From Vicinamibacteria bacterium (GTDB lineage: Bacteria; Acidobacteriota; Vicinamibacteria; Marinacidobacterales; Marinacidobacteraceae), in assembly GCA_964291235.2 (NCBI GenBank), contig OZ219816.1, positions 992,001 through 1,056,000 of the forward strand: a DNA stretch of 64,000 bases, written 5' to 3'. The first letter of the stretch is position 1; each line of letters begins with the position of its first letter. The position numbers were made by a program, and so were the translations under genes. Positions 8,857 through 19,042 of the stretch are shown here, one piece after another. A model generated the notes under the pieces. The model worked only from the letters and a program-made list of their open reading frames with translations. It had not been told where the DNA came from and searched no databases.

Positions 8857-11430
8857 CTACCTGTCGCCCAACTCGTCCACCTGCGCCTGGTAAAGCCGCC
8901 GCCCCTCCTCGAACGTCGCCAGCACCGCCGCCTTCTGCGCGGGATCGTCCCAGCGATCCATCGCCCGCAGCTCCTCCAGCACCTGGTCGATCCAGCGGAC
9001 GAAGAACGCCGCGTCGTCCCGTGAGCGGATCGGTTCGTCGCCGCTGATCACGAACACGGGATTCGTGTGCGCGAACAGGTAGCTGTCCATCGCGCCGTGC
9101 TGCGGCGGCCCCAGTGCCCTCGCCGCAATCCACCCGCTTTCCTCGATCGGGATCTCCAGTTCCGCGTCGATCGATTTCAGGTCGCCCGCGGCGTCGATCC
9201 GGTGCACGACGCGACCGTTTTGCACGATCTCCAGGGCATGCATCGTGAAGAGCGACCGCGCCGTGGCGCGCACCGTGATCACATCGCCGCGCGACACCGC
9301 CAGTTCCTCGCCCATGCCCTTACCGGGAGCGTCTCCGGGCCCCGAAACGTCCAGCGTCATGATCGGGCCACTGGTCACGAACGCCCGACCCGCCGCCATC
9401 GCGTCGGCCCAGGCGTCGTAGTGGACATGGTCCTCGCCGGTGTAAACGTAGGTGCGCGTCGTCCCGACCGCGGGATGCCGCCAGATGTCCGACATGACGT
9501 CCGTTCCGGCGGTCCCCGGGATGCGCGAACCCGTGTTGAGGAGGCGGTACCAGACCTCGGCCGTGCCGAGTTCGTCGCTCCAGATACACGCCACGTCCAC
9601 AAAGTCGGCGAGGCCGAGAACCGCGTCAACGGGCAGCTCTCGCGCTGATCCGGCTCCCGCCGCGTCGGGGTCCCGATGCCGGAGTCCGAAGGGGTGGACG
9701 TACCCGCCGATGCCGCCCTGCTCGTGCACCCGGCGAAGCACCGCCGCGTTGTCCGGGTAGAGGGCCTGGTGCGCGGTCCCCACCGAGCCGATGTAGAAGG
9801 GCGTGATCAGCTCGATCAGATTCAGCAGCGAGAGGTGCGCGAAGTAGCTGGGCCGGTATTCCTCGTTGTAGTAAACGATGGTGCGCGGGCCGCCATGCGG
9901 GTGGGGGTGCCCGAGAAAGTGCTCGAGATCCTCGACCCGGCTGTTGCCCCAGTAGTTGGCGATCATGCCGTTCGCGATGTTGAGGTCCTCCGCGTGGGCC
10001 TTGTTCCGAAGGTCCTCGGGGGTGACGAAGTAGTGGCCGCCGTAGTTGGGGTGGATGTGATTGTCGCCCGAGTACCAGCCACTCTCCGCCATGTCGATCC
10101 AGCGGTCCAACTGGACTTCGACGGTGGCGTGCTCGCCAGCGCGGACTTCGACGGCGCGCGAGACGGGCTCGTATTCGAAGCCCCGCCAGGCCTCGACGGT
10201 GGCCTCGCCGGCGGGAAGGGTCACCGAGAAGCTGCCGTCCGTGTGGAAGTAGTAGTCCTCGGTCACGCTGACGACGCGGGGGTAGCTGCCGTGCGGGAAC
10301 CAGGCGCGCCCGTCGGCGCCGGTCAGATAGATGCGCGACGGCAGGAGTTCGCCGTCCGAGTCGCTGATGCGAACGCGGAGCCGGCCGGTGGGCTCGGACC
10401 ATGCGTAGCCGTCGATGCGCACGGGTTTGGGCGCGCCGCCCCCGCGCGTGACCGTGTAGAGCGCGAACCCCATCCCGTTGTCGATGCTGCGTGGCTGGTC
10501 CGGGACGCCGCCGTTCCGCGCGTACACCAGGCGCTCGCCATCGGGTGACCACGACGGGAAATACTCATCCGTGCGGCTGTGGGTGAGGCGCACGGGCTGG
10601 ATTCCCCGGGGGGACCTCTCGCTCGGAACGGCGTAGAGGTCGTTGTTGCCCGAGGAGTCCGTGATGTAGGCGACGATGCCTCCATGCGGTGCGACGACCG
10701 GCGCCGCCTGGTAGTTGGTCTCGATGCGAATGACGAGTTCCACCGCTCCAGTCGCGGCGCGATACCGCCAGAGGGAACCTGAGCCGAGTGCGGCTTCGCC
10801 CCGCCTGGAAACGAACACGATGTCGCCGGTGTCGCCGATCCAGTCTCCGGCCATGTCGTTCGCCGCCGGGTCGGCGATGACGGCTTCGGCCGATCCGGTT
10901 TCCATGTCGTGGACCCAGAGGTCGAAGGTGCCGTCACGCTCCGTCGTGAAGAGGACGCGGGACCCGTCCGGTGACCAGCGCGGGCGCAGGTCGAGGAAGG
11001 AGTGGGTGGTGAGGCGGCGCGACCCGCCCGTCGCGAGGTCGGTGACGAAGATGTCGAAGTTGCGGTCGATATCGGCCGCGTAGGCGATCTGGCTGCCGTC
11101 GGGGGACCAGCTCGGCTGGGAGTGGTAGCCGGGGCCGCTGGTCACCTGGTGGGCCGTGCCGCCCTCGGCGGGGACGATCCAGATGCGGCCCTGGTAGGCA
11201 AAGGCGATGGACTCGCCGTCGGGCGACCAGGCCGGGTAGGTGGGCGAGGCCGTGACTGGAGGCGGGAAGTAGCTCTCCATGTACATCCGGCCCGCGTTGC
11301 TGGAACCCGAGAGGGAGGGGTAGCCGCCCGGGAAGGGGTCGGGGTATTCGTATCCCTGGGCGGACGCAGGGCGCGCAGACAGCGATGCCAATGCGGCGGC
11401 GGCCAGGACTGCGATGGCGGGGAGTTTCAT
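8857..11430 (-). CDS. Exported TolB/PD40 beta-propeller fused to a CehA/McbA-family (PHP-like) metallohydrolase
   Basis: Repeated P.WSPDG motifs; WYSGDNHIH, YVHP, GTD, GRAFVTSGP, AHTNPV. Confidence 0.82.
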   Translation of the reverse strand: MKLPAIAVLAAAALASLSARPASAQGYEYPDPFPGGYPSLSGSSNAGRMYMESYFPPPVTASPTYPAWSPDGESIAFAYQGRIWIVPAEGGTAHQVTSGPGYHSQPSWSPDGSQIAYAADIDRNFDIFVTDLATGGSRRLTTHSFLDLRPRWSPDGSRVLFTTERDGTFDLWVHDMETGSAEAVIADPAANDMAGDWIGDTGDIVFVSRRGEAALGSGSLWRYRAATGAVELVIRIETNYQAAPVVAPHGGIVAYITDSSGNNDLYAVPSERSPRGIQPVRLTHSRTDEYFPSWSPDGERLVYARNGGVPDQPRSIDNGMGFALYTVTRGGGAPKPVRIDGYAWSEPTGRLRVRISDSDGELLPSRIYLTGADGRAWFPHGSYPRVVSVTEDYYFHTDGSFSVTLPAGEATVEAWRGFEYEPVSRAVEVRAGEHATVEVQLDRWIDMAESGWYSGDNHIHPNYGGHYFVTPEDLRNKAHAEDLNIANGMIANYWGNSRVEDLEHFLGHPHPHGGPRTIVYYNEEYRPSYFAHLSLLNLIELITPFYIGSVGTAHQALYPDNAAVLRRVHEQGGIGGYVHPFGLRHRDPDAAGAGSARELPVDAVLGLADFVDVACIWSDELGTAEVWYRLLNTGSRIPGTAGTDVMSDIWRHPAVGTTRTYVYTGEDHVHYDAWADAMAAGRAFVTSGPIMTLDVSGPGDAPGKGMGEELAVSRGDVITVRATARSLFTMHALEIVQNGRVVHRIDAAGDLKSIDAELEIPIEESGWIAARALGPPQHGAMDSYLFAHTNPVFVISGDEPIRSRDDAAFFVRWIDQVLEELRAMDRWDDPAQKAAVLATFEEGRRLYQAQVDELGDR

Positions 11431-11507
11431 CGGCGAAGGTCCTCTCCCGGAGCGAGAAGTCGTCACTCGGGCGAATGGGCAGATCCTCATGGCGGAGGCC
11501 TCGGAAC

Positions 11508-12521
11508 TCAGAAGATCGACTTCGGCATGTGCATGCTCACCAGCATGTTGGGAACGTCCACGGTTTCGGAGATCTTGAGGTCGCCGGCCAGCGAACAGAG
11601 CACGTAGGCCTCCTCGGGCGTCAGCCCGTGCTCGGCCACCAGCCAGGCGATCATGTGCCGCGTCGCCTTCTTCGCCGCCTCGTCGATGTCGGGGTCGAAC
11701 CCGGTGACCGCGTAGTACTCCTCCGTCTCGTATTCGGGTTCGGTGATCCCCCGGGGATTCGGGAGTACTTCCAGCGTCAGCACGAGCCGCATGGGCACCT
11801 CGATCGCGCTTCCGGAAACCTCACCGTCCGCCTGCACCGCGTGGGTGTCCCCGATCGAGAAGTTCGCGCCGGGGACCTGGACCGGGATATAGACCGTCGT
11901 CCCGGCGCGCATGTGCCGGTTGTCCATGTTGCCGCCGTTTGCGCGGGGCGGGATGGTCACCAGCATCTCGTCGGTGGCCGGCGCCACGCCGAGCACGCCC
12001 GGGAAGGGGGACAGGGGCAGGGTGATCCGGTCATTGAAACGCGCCTCGGTGGCGCCCGGCGCCAGATCGAAGCTCCGGATCCAGGGATCCGTGAACTCGT
12101 CGGCCAGGAAGCCGAACCCCGGGAAGATGCCGGCCCAGCCGGGGCCCTGAACTTCCGCTTCGTGGATCGTCACGGCGAGCAGGTCGCCCGGCTCCGCCCC
12201 CTCCACGGCGACCGGGCCGGTGAGGGCGTGGATCAACCCGAAGTCCACGCTCGCGAGATCCTCGGCGGTGGTCTCCGGAGTGATCTGGCCGTCCGAGGCT
12301 TCTTTCGTGAAGATCTCGACCACGGCGCCGGAGGGGACGGTGAGGACCGGCGGGATGGTGGCGCTCCAGCGGTTATGGGTGTTGTCCGCCGGAAGCGTGT
12401 AGTCGGGCGTCGGAACCGGATCCACCTCCGGTTCCGGGTCGGGGGCCGGAGCGGGTTCGGGTGATCCGCAGGCGGCCGCGAGGGCGAGAGCCGCGAGAAG
12501 CAGGACGGCGGTTCGGTACAT
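11508..12521 (-). CDS. Acetamidase/formamidase-family lipoprotein
   Basis: HNRW, HALTGPVAVEGAEPGD, GGNMD, GDTHAVQADGEV; lipobox LAAA-C. Confidence 0.88.
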   Translation of the reverse strand: MYRTAVLLLAALALAAACGSPEPAPAPDPEPEVDPVPTPDYTLPADNTHNRWSATIPPVLTVPSGAVVEIFTKEASDGQITPETTAEDLASVDFGLIHALTGPVAVEGAEPGDLLAVTIHEAEVQGPGWAGIFPGFGFLADEFTDPWIRSFDLAPGATEARFNDRITLPLSPFPGVLGVAPATDEMLVTIPPRANGGNMDNRHMRAGTTVYIPVQVPGANFSIGDTHAVQADGEVSGSAIEVPMRLVLTLEVLPNPRGITEPEYETEEYYAVTGFDPDIDEAAKKATRHMIAWLVAEHGLTPEEAYVLCSLAGDLKISETVDVPNMLVSMHMPKSIF

Positions 12522-12562
12522 CGGAGGCTCCTTGGTTTGGGCGCACCGGCGATTATCCGTGT

Positions 12563-13206
12563 TGCGCAGGTACCCCCACCGGAAGAGCTGGGCCGGTCTT
12601 TGGCCGACGTCGCTCCGCACAGCGCAGCGAGATCCCGCCGTCAACTGTCCCGGGTGGCGCTGCAGCCCATCAATGTGGCGCTGCGCCACTCCCGTGCCTG
12701 TACGGCAAAGCACCGTCCGCGTTCAGGTTGGCGCAGGAGCGCCGGCCTCCGGCCGGCATCGCTTCGCGTAGCGGAGCGAAACTCCCGTCGTCAACTTTCC
12801 CCGATGGTGCTGCAGCCCAACGCCGTAGCGCTGCGCCACTCTCGGGCTGGTCCGGCGACGCGCCGCCCCGCTTGGGTCGGCGCCGTCGAGGCTGATCAAG
12901 TCGGGGAGTTTCGCCTCGCAGGAGCGCCGGCCTCCGGCCGGCATCGCTCCGCGCAGCGGAGCGAAACTCCCGTCGTCAACCCGATGGTGCTGCAGCCCAA
13001 CGCCGTAGCGCTGCGATTTCCCCGATGGTGCTGCAGCCCAACGCCGTAGCGCTGCGCCACTCTCGGGCTGGTCCGGCTACGCGCCGTCCCCGCTTGGGTT
13101 GGCGCCGTCGAGGCTGACCAGGTGTGGGAGTTTCGCCTCGCTGCGCTCGCCGATGCCGGCCGGGAGGCCGGCGCTCCTTGCGCTCCTCGCGCTCCTTGCG
13201 CTGCTA
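12563..13206 (+). repeat. REPIN-like array of three related units starting GGAGCGCCGGCCTCCGGCCGGCA, an internal 35-bp duplication and a 9-bp (Y)GCGCTCCT tail
   Basis: Units begin at about 12568 (degenerate), 12736 and 12921; the third closes with the inverted copy TGCCGGCCGGGAGGCCGGCGCTCC ending at 13177. Confidence 0.8.
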
Positions 13207-14208
13207 GCGCGACGTGCTGGCGTCGGTTTCCGGAGCCGCGTAGTAGCCCTTTCGGGTGCGGGCGACGACGTCGTCGCGGCCCTTGATCTTGACTTCGATG
13301 CTTCGCCAGCCGCCTTCCTTGCGCTCCCGGGAGGGGAGATACGCGACTTGGTACTGCCGGTGCAGTTCGTGCTGGATCTGGCGGAAATGGCGCGACAGAT
13401 CTTCGATCTTCTCCGGGTAGTAGGACCTTCCGCCGCTTTGCTCCGCCACCGCGTCCAGAAAATCGCGGTTCAGCTTTCCGCCTCCTTCGGGACTCCAGCC
13501 CGTGTATCCGACCGTGTAGATCGCCCCCTCCGAAAGCCGGGCGCCTTCCAGCGCCTGCTCCCGCGTGCTGACGCTCCCCTTGGCATCGGACCCGGAGTCC
13601 TCCCCATCCGAGACGAGAATGAGCGCCTTTCGCTCCTCGACGCGGGAGAGTTCCTGCAGGCTGGTGAGGATTGCGTCGTACAGCGCCGTCTTCCCGAAAG
13701 GACGCATGGCGCGGATCATGGGAACCTGGTTCCAGATGTCCGTGGCGTACGGAGGTCCGAAGCGGACACCTTCGCTGAAGGTGGCGACGCGTCCCTGGTC
13801 GGCGGTCGCCATGTTACGAAGGAAGAGATAGGCGGCAGTCTGAATCGCCGACAGATTCGAACGGACGGATGCGGATGAGTCGAGCAGGAGGAGGCTGGTT
13901 ACCGGAGTCAGATCGGCGGTGAAGTAATTGATCTCCTGGGGTATCCCGTCCTCGAGGATCTCGAAGTCGTCCTCGCCAAGCCCGGTGACGAAGCGCCCAC
14001 GCTCATCCGCGACCACGATGTCGAGGGTTACGCTGGGAACCCGGACCACGAAACTGAACCGCTCCCCGAGCGTTGCTTCCCGCTCCGTGGTGGTTGGCCT
14101 CTCCACCGGCGGTGGCTGCGTCGGCGGCTGGCTCGGGGGCTGTCCCGGAGCGAGCGATCCGGTTGCCAACAAGCTCAGGATGGCGGTTGGAATCAGCACT
14201 GCGCGCAT
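13204..14208 (-). CDS. VWA-domain protein (VWFA-related acidobacterial type), exported
   Basis: V.D..GRFVTGL..DDF.I.EDG..Q.I, DSSAS MIDAS, TALYDAI, SDGED, RTRKGYYA. Confidence 0.88.
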   Translation of the reverse strand: MRAVLIPTAILSLLATGSLAPGQPPSQPPTQPPPVERPTTTEREATLGERFSFVVRVPSVTLDIVVADERGRFVTGLGEDDFEILEDGIPQEINYFTADLTPVTSLLLLDSSASVRSNLSAIQTAAYLFLRNMATADQGRVATFSEGVRFGPPYATDIWNQVPMIRAMRPFGKTALYDAILTSLQELSRVEERKALILVSDGEDSGSDAKGSVSTREQALEGARLSEGAIYTVGYTGWSPEGGGKLNRDFLDAVAEQSGGRSYYPEKIEDLSRHFRQIQHELHRQYQVAYLPSRERKEGGWRSIEVKIKGRDDVVARTRKGYYAAPETDASTSR

Positions 14209-14357
14209 GACGTCTTGGGGGATTGCCGTAGTGTAGGCCGCAGACGCGCGGCGCGCCGGACGGGTGTCGAGCGAGGTTTCTGCTCTTGCGGATTTCCGTC
14301 CTTCCCGGTTACTCTCGCGGTTCGAATGATTCGTCCCCGGCGAGGAGGAGCCTCCCC

Positions 14358-14825
14358 ATGAGCCACCGCGTTCGCATCAGCGTCAACGGAAAAGCCGAGG
14401 AGTTGGATGTCGAGTCCAGACTGCTCCTTTGTCATCTGCTCCGGGACCGGCTTGGACTTACCGGGACGAATGTCGGCTGCGACACCTCGCAGTGCGGATC
14501 CTGCACGGTGCTCATGGACGGGAAGGCAGTCAAATCGTGCACCGTGCTGGCGGTCCAGGCGGACGGCTCGGACATAACGACCATCGAAGGGCTGGCGGGC
14601 GCCGACGGGCTCCATCCCGTGCAACAGTCCTTCTGGGATAACCACGGCCTGCAGTGCGGCTTCTGCACTCCGGGCATGATCCTGACCGCGGTCGAAATCC
14701 TGGAGCGGAATCCGGACGCCACGGACGCCCAGGTGCGTCACGGCCTCGAAGGCAACATCTGCCGCTGCACCGGTTACGAAAACATCGTCAAGTCGGTGGT
14801 GGCCGCCGGCGCCCGCGGGAGCTGA
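14358..14825 (+). CDS. coxS: CoxS/CutS-like 2Fe-2S subunit of a molybdenum hydroxylase
   Basis: GCDTSQCGSCTV, QCGFCTPG, GNICRCTGY; RBS GAGGAGG. Confidence 0.92.
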   Translation: MSHRVRISVNGKAEELDVESRLLLCHLLRDRLGLTGTNVGCDTSQCGSCTVLMDGKAVKSCTVLAVQADGSDITTIEGLAGADGLHPVQQSFWDNHGLQCGFCTPGMILTAVEILERNPDATDAQVRHGLEGNICRCTGYENIVKSVVAAGARGS

Positions 14826-14867
14826 GCGAGGCTCACAACTTTCGACAGGACTGCGAGGAGGAGAACC

Positions 14868-17228
14868 ATGGGCCGTTACGTAGGGACTTCGGTCAAGCGG
14901 GTGGAAGATCCGCGCTTCATACAGGGCAAGGGACGCTACGTCGCGAACCTGCAGATGCCGGGCATGGTCCACGTGGCCATCAAGCGCAGCCCCGAGGCTC
15001 ACGCCCGGATCACCGGGATGGACACCTCGGCGGCGAGCGCCATGGATGGCGTACTGGCTGTCTTCACCGGGCAGGACTTCAAGGACGGTGGCTGCGGTTC
15101 GCTCCCCTGCGGCTGGCTGGTGCCCGACACCAAGGTGCCCGATCGGCCGGTCGTGGTGACCGACCGCGTCTGCCATGTAGGGGATTCGGTGGCCGTCGTG
15201 GTTGCGGAGGATCCCTACGTCGCCGCCGATGCGGTCGAAGCGATCGAGGTGGACTACGAACCGCTCCCGACCGTGGTGGACGCCCGGGGCGCCACGGATG
15301 AGGGAGCGCCCCTCGTTCACGCGGAGATCGAGGACAACGTGTCCTACCACTGGGCGCTCGGAGATCAGGAGGCATGCGACAAGGCGTTTGCCGAAGCCGA
15401 CGAAGTGGTGGAGCTCGAACTGGTGAACCAGCGGCTCATCCCCACCGCGATGGAGCCGCGCGCCGCCGCGGCGCAGTGGGAGGCGGCTTCCGAAGAGATG
15501 ACCGTCTGGACGACCAGCCAGAATCCGCATCCGATCCGGCTGCTGCTCTCGGCGTTCACGCTCGGAATCCCCGAGAGCAAGTTGCGGGTGATCTCGCCGG
15601 ACGTCGGCGGCGGCTTCGGCAGCAAGATCTTCCACTACCCCGAGGAAGTCATCGTGCCGTGGGTGGCGCGCCAGGTCGGGCGCCCCGCCCGCTGGGTGGC
15701 GACGCGGACCGAGAGCCAGATGACCGATTCCCAGGGACGGGATCACGTCACCGTGGCCAAGCTCGCCGTGCAGGGCGACGGCACCTTCACCGGGCTCGAC
15801 GTGGAGACCTGGGCGAACCAGGGGGCCTACCTCTCCACCTTCGCCCCCCTCATTCCCACCGCGCTCTACATCACGCTGCTCTCCGGCAACTACAAGATGC
15901 CCGGAGTGTTCGGCAAGGTGCACGGCACGCTCACGAACACGGTGCCGGTGGACGCCTACCGGGGCGCTGGCCGCCCGGAGGCCGCCTACCTCGTCGAGCG
16001 CCTGGTGGACCTGGCGGCAGCCCGGCTCGGCCGGGACCCGCTGGAGCTCCGGCGCCAGAACGCGATACCCAAGGAGGACTTTCCCTACCAGACCCCGGTC
16101 GCGTTCCTGTATGACAGTGGGGACTACGACCGGCTGATGGCGACGGCTGCCGATCGGGCGGACTACGCCGGGATGCGCGAGGCGCAGGCCGAGGCGCGCG
16201 CCGACGGCAAGCTACGGGGCGTCGGGGTGGTCTGCTGCATCGAGGCCAGCGGTCCGGCGCCCTCGGCGGTAGCGGGCTCGCTGGGCTCTGCCGTGGGCTT
16301 TTGGGAGAGCGGAGAAATTCGGATCCATCCGACGGGGCAGGTGAGCGTCTTCACCGGCTCCCACACCCATGGCCAGGGGCATGAGACCACCTTCGCCCAA
16401 GTGGCCGCCGATGAACTGGGAGTGCCGATCGAAAGTGTGGAGGTCGTCCACGGCGACACCGGCCGCGTCAACTTCGGCATGGGCACCTACGGGAGCCGGA
16501 GCGCCTGCGTGGGCGGCTCGGCGCTCGTGCGGAGCGCCGAGAAAGTGCGGGCGAAGGTCCTCAAGATCGGCGCCCACCTGCTCGAGGCCGCGGAAGAAGA
16601 TGTCGTGTACGACCAGGAGTCCGGCCGGGTGCACGTGAAGGGCTCTCCTGACCGCGGAAAGGAATTCGGCGAACTCGCCTTCGCCGCCTACACCGCGCAC
16701 AGCCTTCCCGAGGGAATGGAACCGGGGCTCAACTTCGTGAGCTTCTACGATCCGGCCAACTTCACGTTCCCGGCGAGTTCGCACATCTGCGAGGTGGAGG
16801 TCTGCTCCGACACCTGGGAGGTGCGGATCCTCCGCTACGTGGCGGTGGACGATGTTGGCAAGGTGATCAACCCGATGATCGTGGAGGGCCAGATCCAGGG
16901 CGGAATCGTCCAGGGGGTCGGCCAGGCGCTGACCGAGATCGGCGCCTATTCCGACGACGGCCAACTGCTTTCCGGCACCCTCCTCGAGTACGCCGTCCCG
17001 CGGGCGGACCTGCTGCCCGGAATCGAGGTGGACCGGATCGAGACCCCGTCGCCCCACAACCCGCTCGGGGTCAAGGGCGCCGGCGAGATGGGCACCATCG
17101 CGGCCACGCCAGTCGTCGCGAACGCCGTGCTCGATGCGCTTGCTCCTTTGGGAGTTACCCACATTGAGCTTCCGCTCACTCCGGAGAGGATCTGGCGCGC
17201 CGTCCGGGCGGCCCGCAGCGCCGCCTGA
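14868..17228 (+). CDS. coxL: CoxL/CutL-like molybdopterin large subunit, form II (AYRGAGR)
   Basis: GGGFGSK, AYRGAGRPEA, GQGHET, GVKGAGE motifs. Confidence 0.92.
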   Translation: MGRYVGTSVKRVEDPRFIQGKGRYVANLQMPGMVHVAIKRSPEAHARITGMDTSAASAMDGVLAVFTGQDFKDGGCGSLPCGWLVPDTKVPDRPVVVTDRVCHVGDSVAVVVAEDPYVAADAVEAIEVDYEPLPTVVDARGATDEGAPLVHAEIEDNVSYHWALGDQEACDKAFAEADEVVELELVNQRLIPTAMEPRAAAAQWEAASEEMTVWTTSQNPHPIRLLLSAFTLGIPESKLRVISPDVGGGFGSKIFHYPEEVIVPWVARQVGRPARWVATRTESQMTDSQGRDHVTVAKLAVQGDGTFTGLDVETWANQGAYLSTFAPLIPTALYITLLSGNYKMPGVFGKVHGTLTNTVPVDAYRGAGRPEAAYLVERLVDLAAARLGRDPLELRRQNAIPKEDFPYQTPVAFLYDSGDYDRLMATAADRADYAGMREAQAEARADGKLRGVGVVCCIEASGPAPSAVAGSLGSAVGFWESGEIRIHPTGQVSVFTGSHTHGQGHETTFAQVAADELGVPIESVEVVHGDTGRVNFGMGTYGSRSACVGGSALVRSAEKVRAKVLKIGAHLLEAAEEDVVYDQESGRVHVKGSPDRGKEFGELAFAAYTAHSLPEGMEPGLNFVSFYDPANFTFPASSHICEVEVCSDTWEVRILRYVAVDDVGKVINPMIVEGQIQGGIVQGVGQALTEIGAYSDDGQLLSGTLLEYAVPRADLLPGIEVDRIETPSPHNPLGVKGAGEMGTIAATPVVANAVLDALAPLGVTHIELPLTPERIWRAVRAARSAA

Positions 17229-17258
17229 TCAGTGACCAGCGAATAGGAGACTGCTTCG

Positions 17259-18116
17259 ATGTATCCGAACCAATTCGACTACCACCGCGCCGCTTCGGTC
17301 GCCGAGGCGGTGGAGCTACTTTCTTCGCTGGCCGACGCCAAGCTGGTCGCGGGTGGGCACAGCCTGATCCCAGCCATGAAACTGCGCGCGGCGCAGCCGG
17401 CGGCGCTGGTGGACATTGGCCGGATTCCGGGACTCGCCGACATCTCCGGAGACGGGGACAGCCTGGTGATCGGGGCGCTCGCCACCCACTCCTCGGTGGC
17501 CGGCTCGGCGGCGGTTCAGGGAGGATGCCCGATGCTCGCGGAGGCGGCCGCGGCGATCGGGGACATCCAGGTCCGGAACCGGGGAACGATCGGAGGCAGC
17601 CTGGCGCACGCGGATCCGGGCGCCGACTACCCGGCTGCGATGCTGGCGCTCGGCGCCGAAATCACCGCGGTGGGCGCCGGAGGTGAGCGAACCATCGCCG
17701 CGTCGGACTTCTTTGTGGACATTCTGACCACTGCGTTGGCCGAGAATGAGGTCATCACTTCGGTGCGGGTTCCGTGTGCTGCCGGGAGCGCTTATCTGAA
17801 GCATCGGCATCCGGCCTCCAGCTACGCGGTCGTCGGGGTTGCCGCCTCGGTGGTCCTGGACGGCGGCAATGTCGCGAGCTGTGCAATCGGCATCAACGGG
17901 GTGGCCGGGAAGGCGGTGCTCGCCGAAGCGGCGGCCGCGGCGCTTTGCGGCGGCCCGGCGAACGCCGCGCGCATCGCGGAAGCGGCGGGTCTCGTAGGGG
18001 GAGCCTGCGGCGACGCGCTCGGTGACCTCTATGCCTCCGGCGAATTCCGGACCCATCTCGCCGGGGTGTACACGGGGCGGGCGCTGGCCGCCGCCGCCGA
18101 ACGCGCGGCAGGCTGA
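17259..18116 (+). CDS. coxM: CoxM/CutM-like FAD subunit
   Basis: AGGHSLIP.MKLR, QVRNRGTIGGSLAHADP. Confidence 0.92.
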   Translation: MYPNQFDYHRAASVAEAVELLSSLADAKLVAGGHSLIPAMKLRAAQPAALVDIGRIPGLADISGDGDSLVIGALATHSSVAGSAAVQGGCPMLAEAAAAIGDIQVRNRGTIGGSLAHADPGADYPAAMLALGAEITAVGAGGERTIAASDFFVDILTTALAENEVITSVRVPCAAGSAYLKHRHPASSYAVVGVAASVVLDGGNVASCAIGINGVAGKAVLAEAAAAALCGGPANAARIAEAAGLVGGACGDALGDLYASGEFRTHLAGVYTGRALAAAAERAAG

Positions 18117-18118
18117 AC

Positions 18119-19042
18119 TTGGCGACGCCGGCCTCGGTGACCGGTCCGGCGCCTGTCTCCTCGGTCTCCGAACTCACCGGGGCACTGGCCGGGCAGGGGT
18201 ACATCGCCGCTAGCGGGCTCGCCACCGCGCTGTTCCTGGCCCTCCGCCTGGAGCGGCCGCTGTTCCTCGAGGGCGAAGCCGGCGTCGGCAAGACCGAACT
18301 TGCCAAGGTCACGGCAGCCGTCCTCGGAGTCCCGTTGATCCGGCTGCAGTGCTACGAGGGGCTGGACATCGCGCAGGCCGCCTACGAGTGGAACTACACC
18401 CGGCAGATGCTCGCGATCCGCCTCGCCGAGAGTGGTGGCGCCGCGATGGACCAGCAGGACCTGTTCGGGCCCGACTTCCTGCTGCGCCGGCCCCTGCTGC
18501 GCGCCATCGAGACCTCGTCGCCGGCACATCGCCCGGTCCTGCTCATTGACGAGGTGGACCGCAGCGACGAAGAGTTCGAGGCGTACCTCCTTGAAGTCCT
18601 GTCGGACTTTCAGATCACGATTCCGGAGGTCGGCACCATCGAGGCCGCCGCGCCGCCGGTGGTGGTCCTCACCTCGAACCGCACCCGCGAGGTCCACGAC
18701 GCCCTGAAGCGCCGCTGCCTTTACCACTGGATCCCGTATCCGACCTACGAGCGGGAACTCGACATCGTGCGGGAGCGGGTGCCGCAGGCGGCGGCGCAGC
18801 TGGCCGCCGAAGCGACCCGGTTCGCGCAGGAGCTGCGCGAGTTGGACCTCTTCAAGCGCCCCGGGGTCTCCGAAACCCTCGACTGGACCATGGCGCTGGC
18901 CGCGCTGGGACAGACGGCGCTCGACGAGGCCGCCGTGGATCGGACGCTGGGAGCGCTGCTCAAGTACCGCGACGATCTGGAAATGGTGCGCGGCGAACGG
19001 GCGGGCGCCATCCTCACTCGGCTGGCCACCGGGGTCTTGTGA
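18119..19042 (+). CDS. coxD: CoxD-like MoxR AAA+ ATPase
   Basis: GEAGVGKT Walker A, LQCYEG, LLIDEVD, HDALKRRC; start codon uncertain. Confidence 0.9.
   Translation: MATPASVTGPAPVSSVSELTGALAGQGYIAASGLATALFLALRLERPLFLEGEAGVGKTELAKVTAAVLGVPLIRLQCYEGLDIAQAAYEWNYTRQMLAIRLAESGGAAMDQQDLFGPDFLLRRPLLRAIETSSPAHRPVLLIDEVDRSDEEFEAYLLEVLSDFQITIPEVGTIEAAAPPVVVLTSNRTREVHDALKRRCLYHWIPYPTYERELDIVRERVPQAAAQLAAEATRFAQELRELDLFKRPGVSETLDWTMALAALGQTALDEAAVDRTLGALLKYRDDLEMVRGERAGAILTRLATGVL

Noticed and set aside
12537-13049. Repetitive ORF (RRQLS..VLQP.VALRHSRA repeats)
   Set aside because: Translation of the REPIN-like DNA array; indels between units break the frame
14868-17228. Bona fide aerobic CO dehydrogenase
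   Set aside because: It lacks the form I AYXCSFR Cu-binding motif and has the form II motif and gene order
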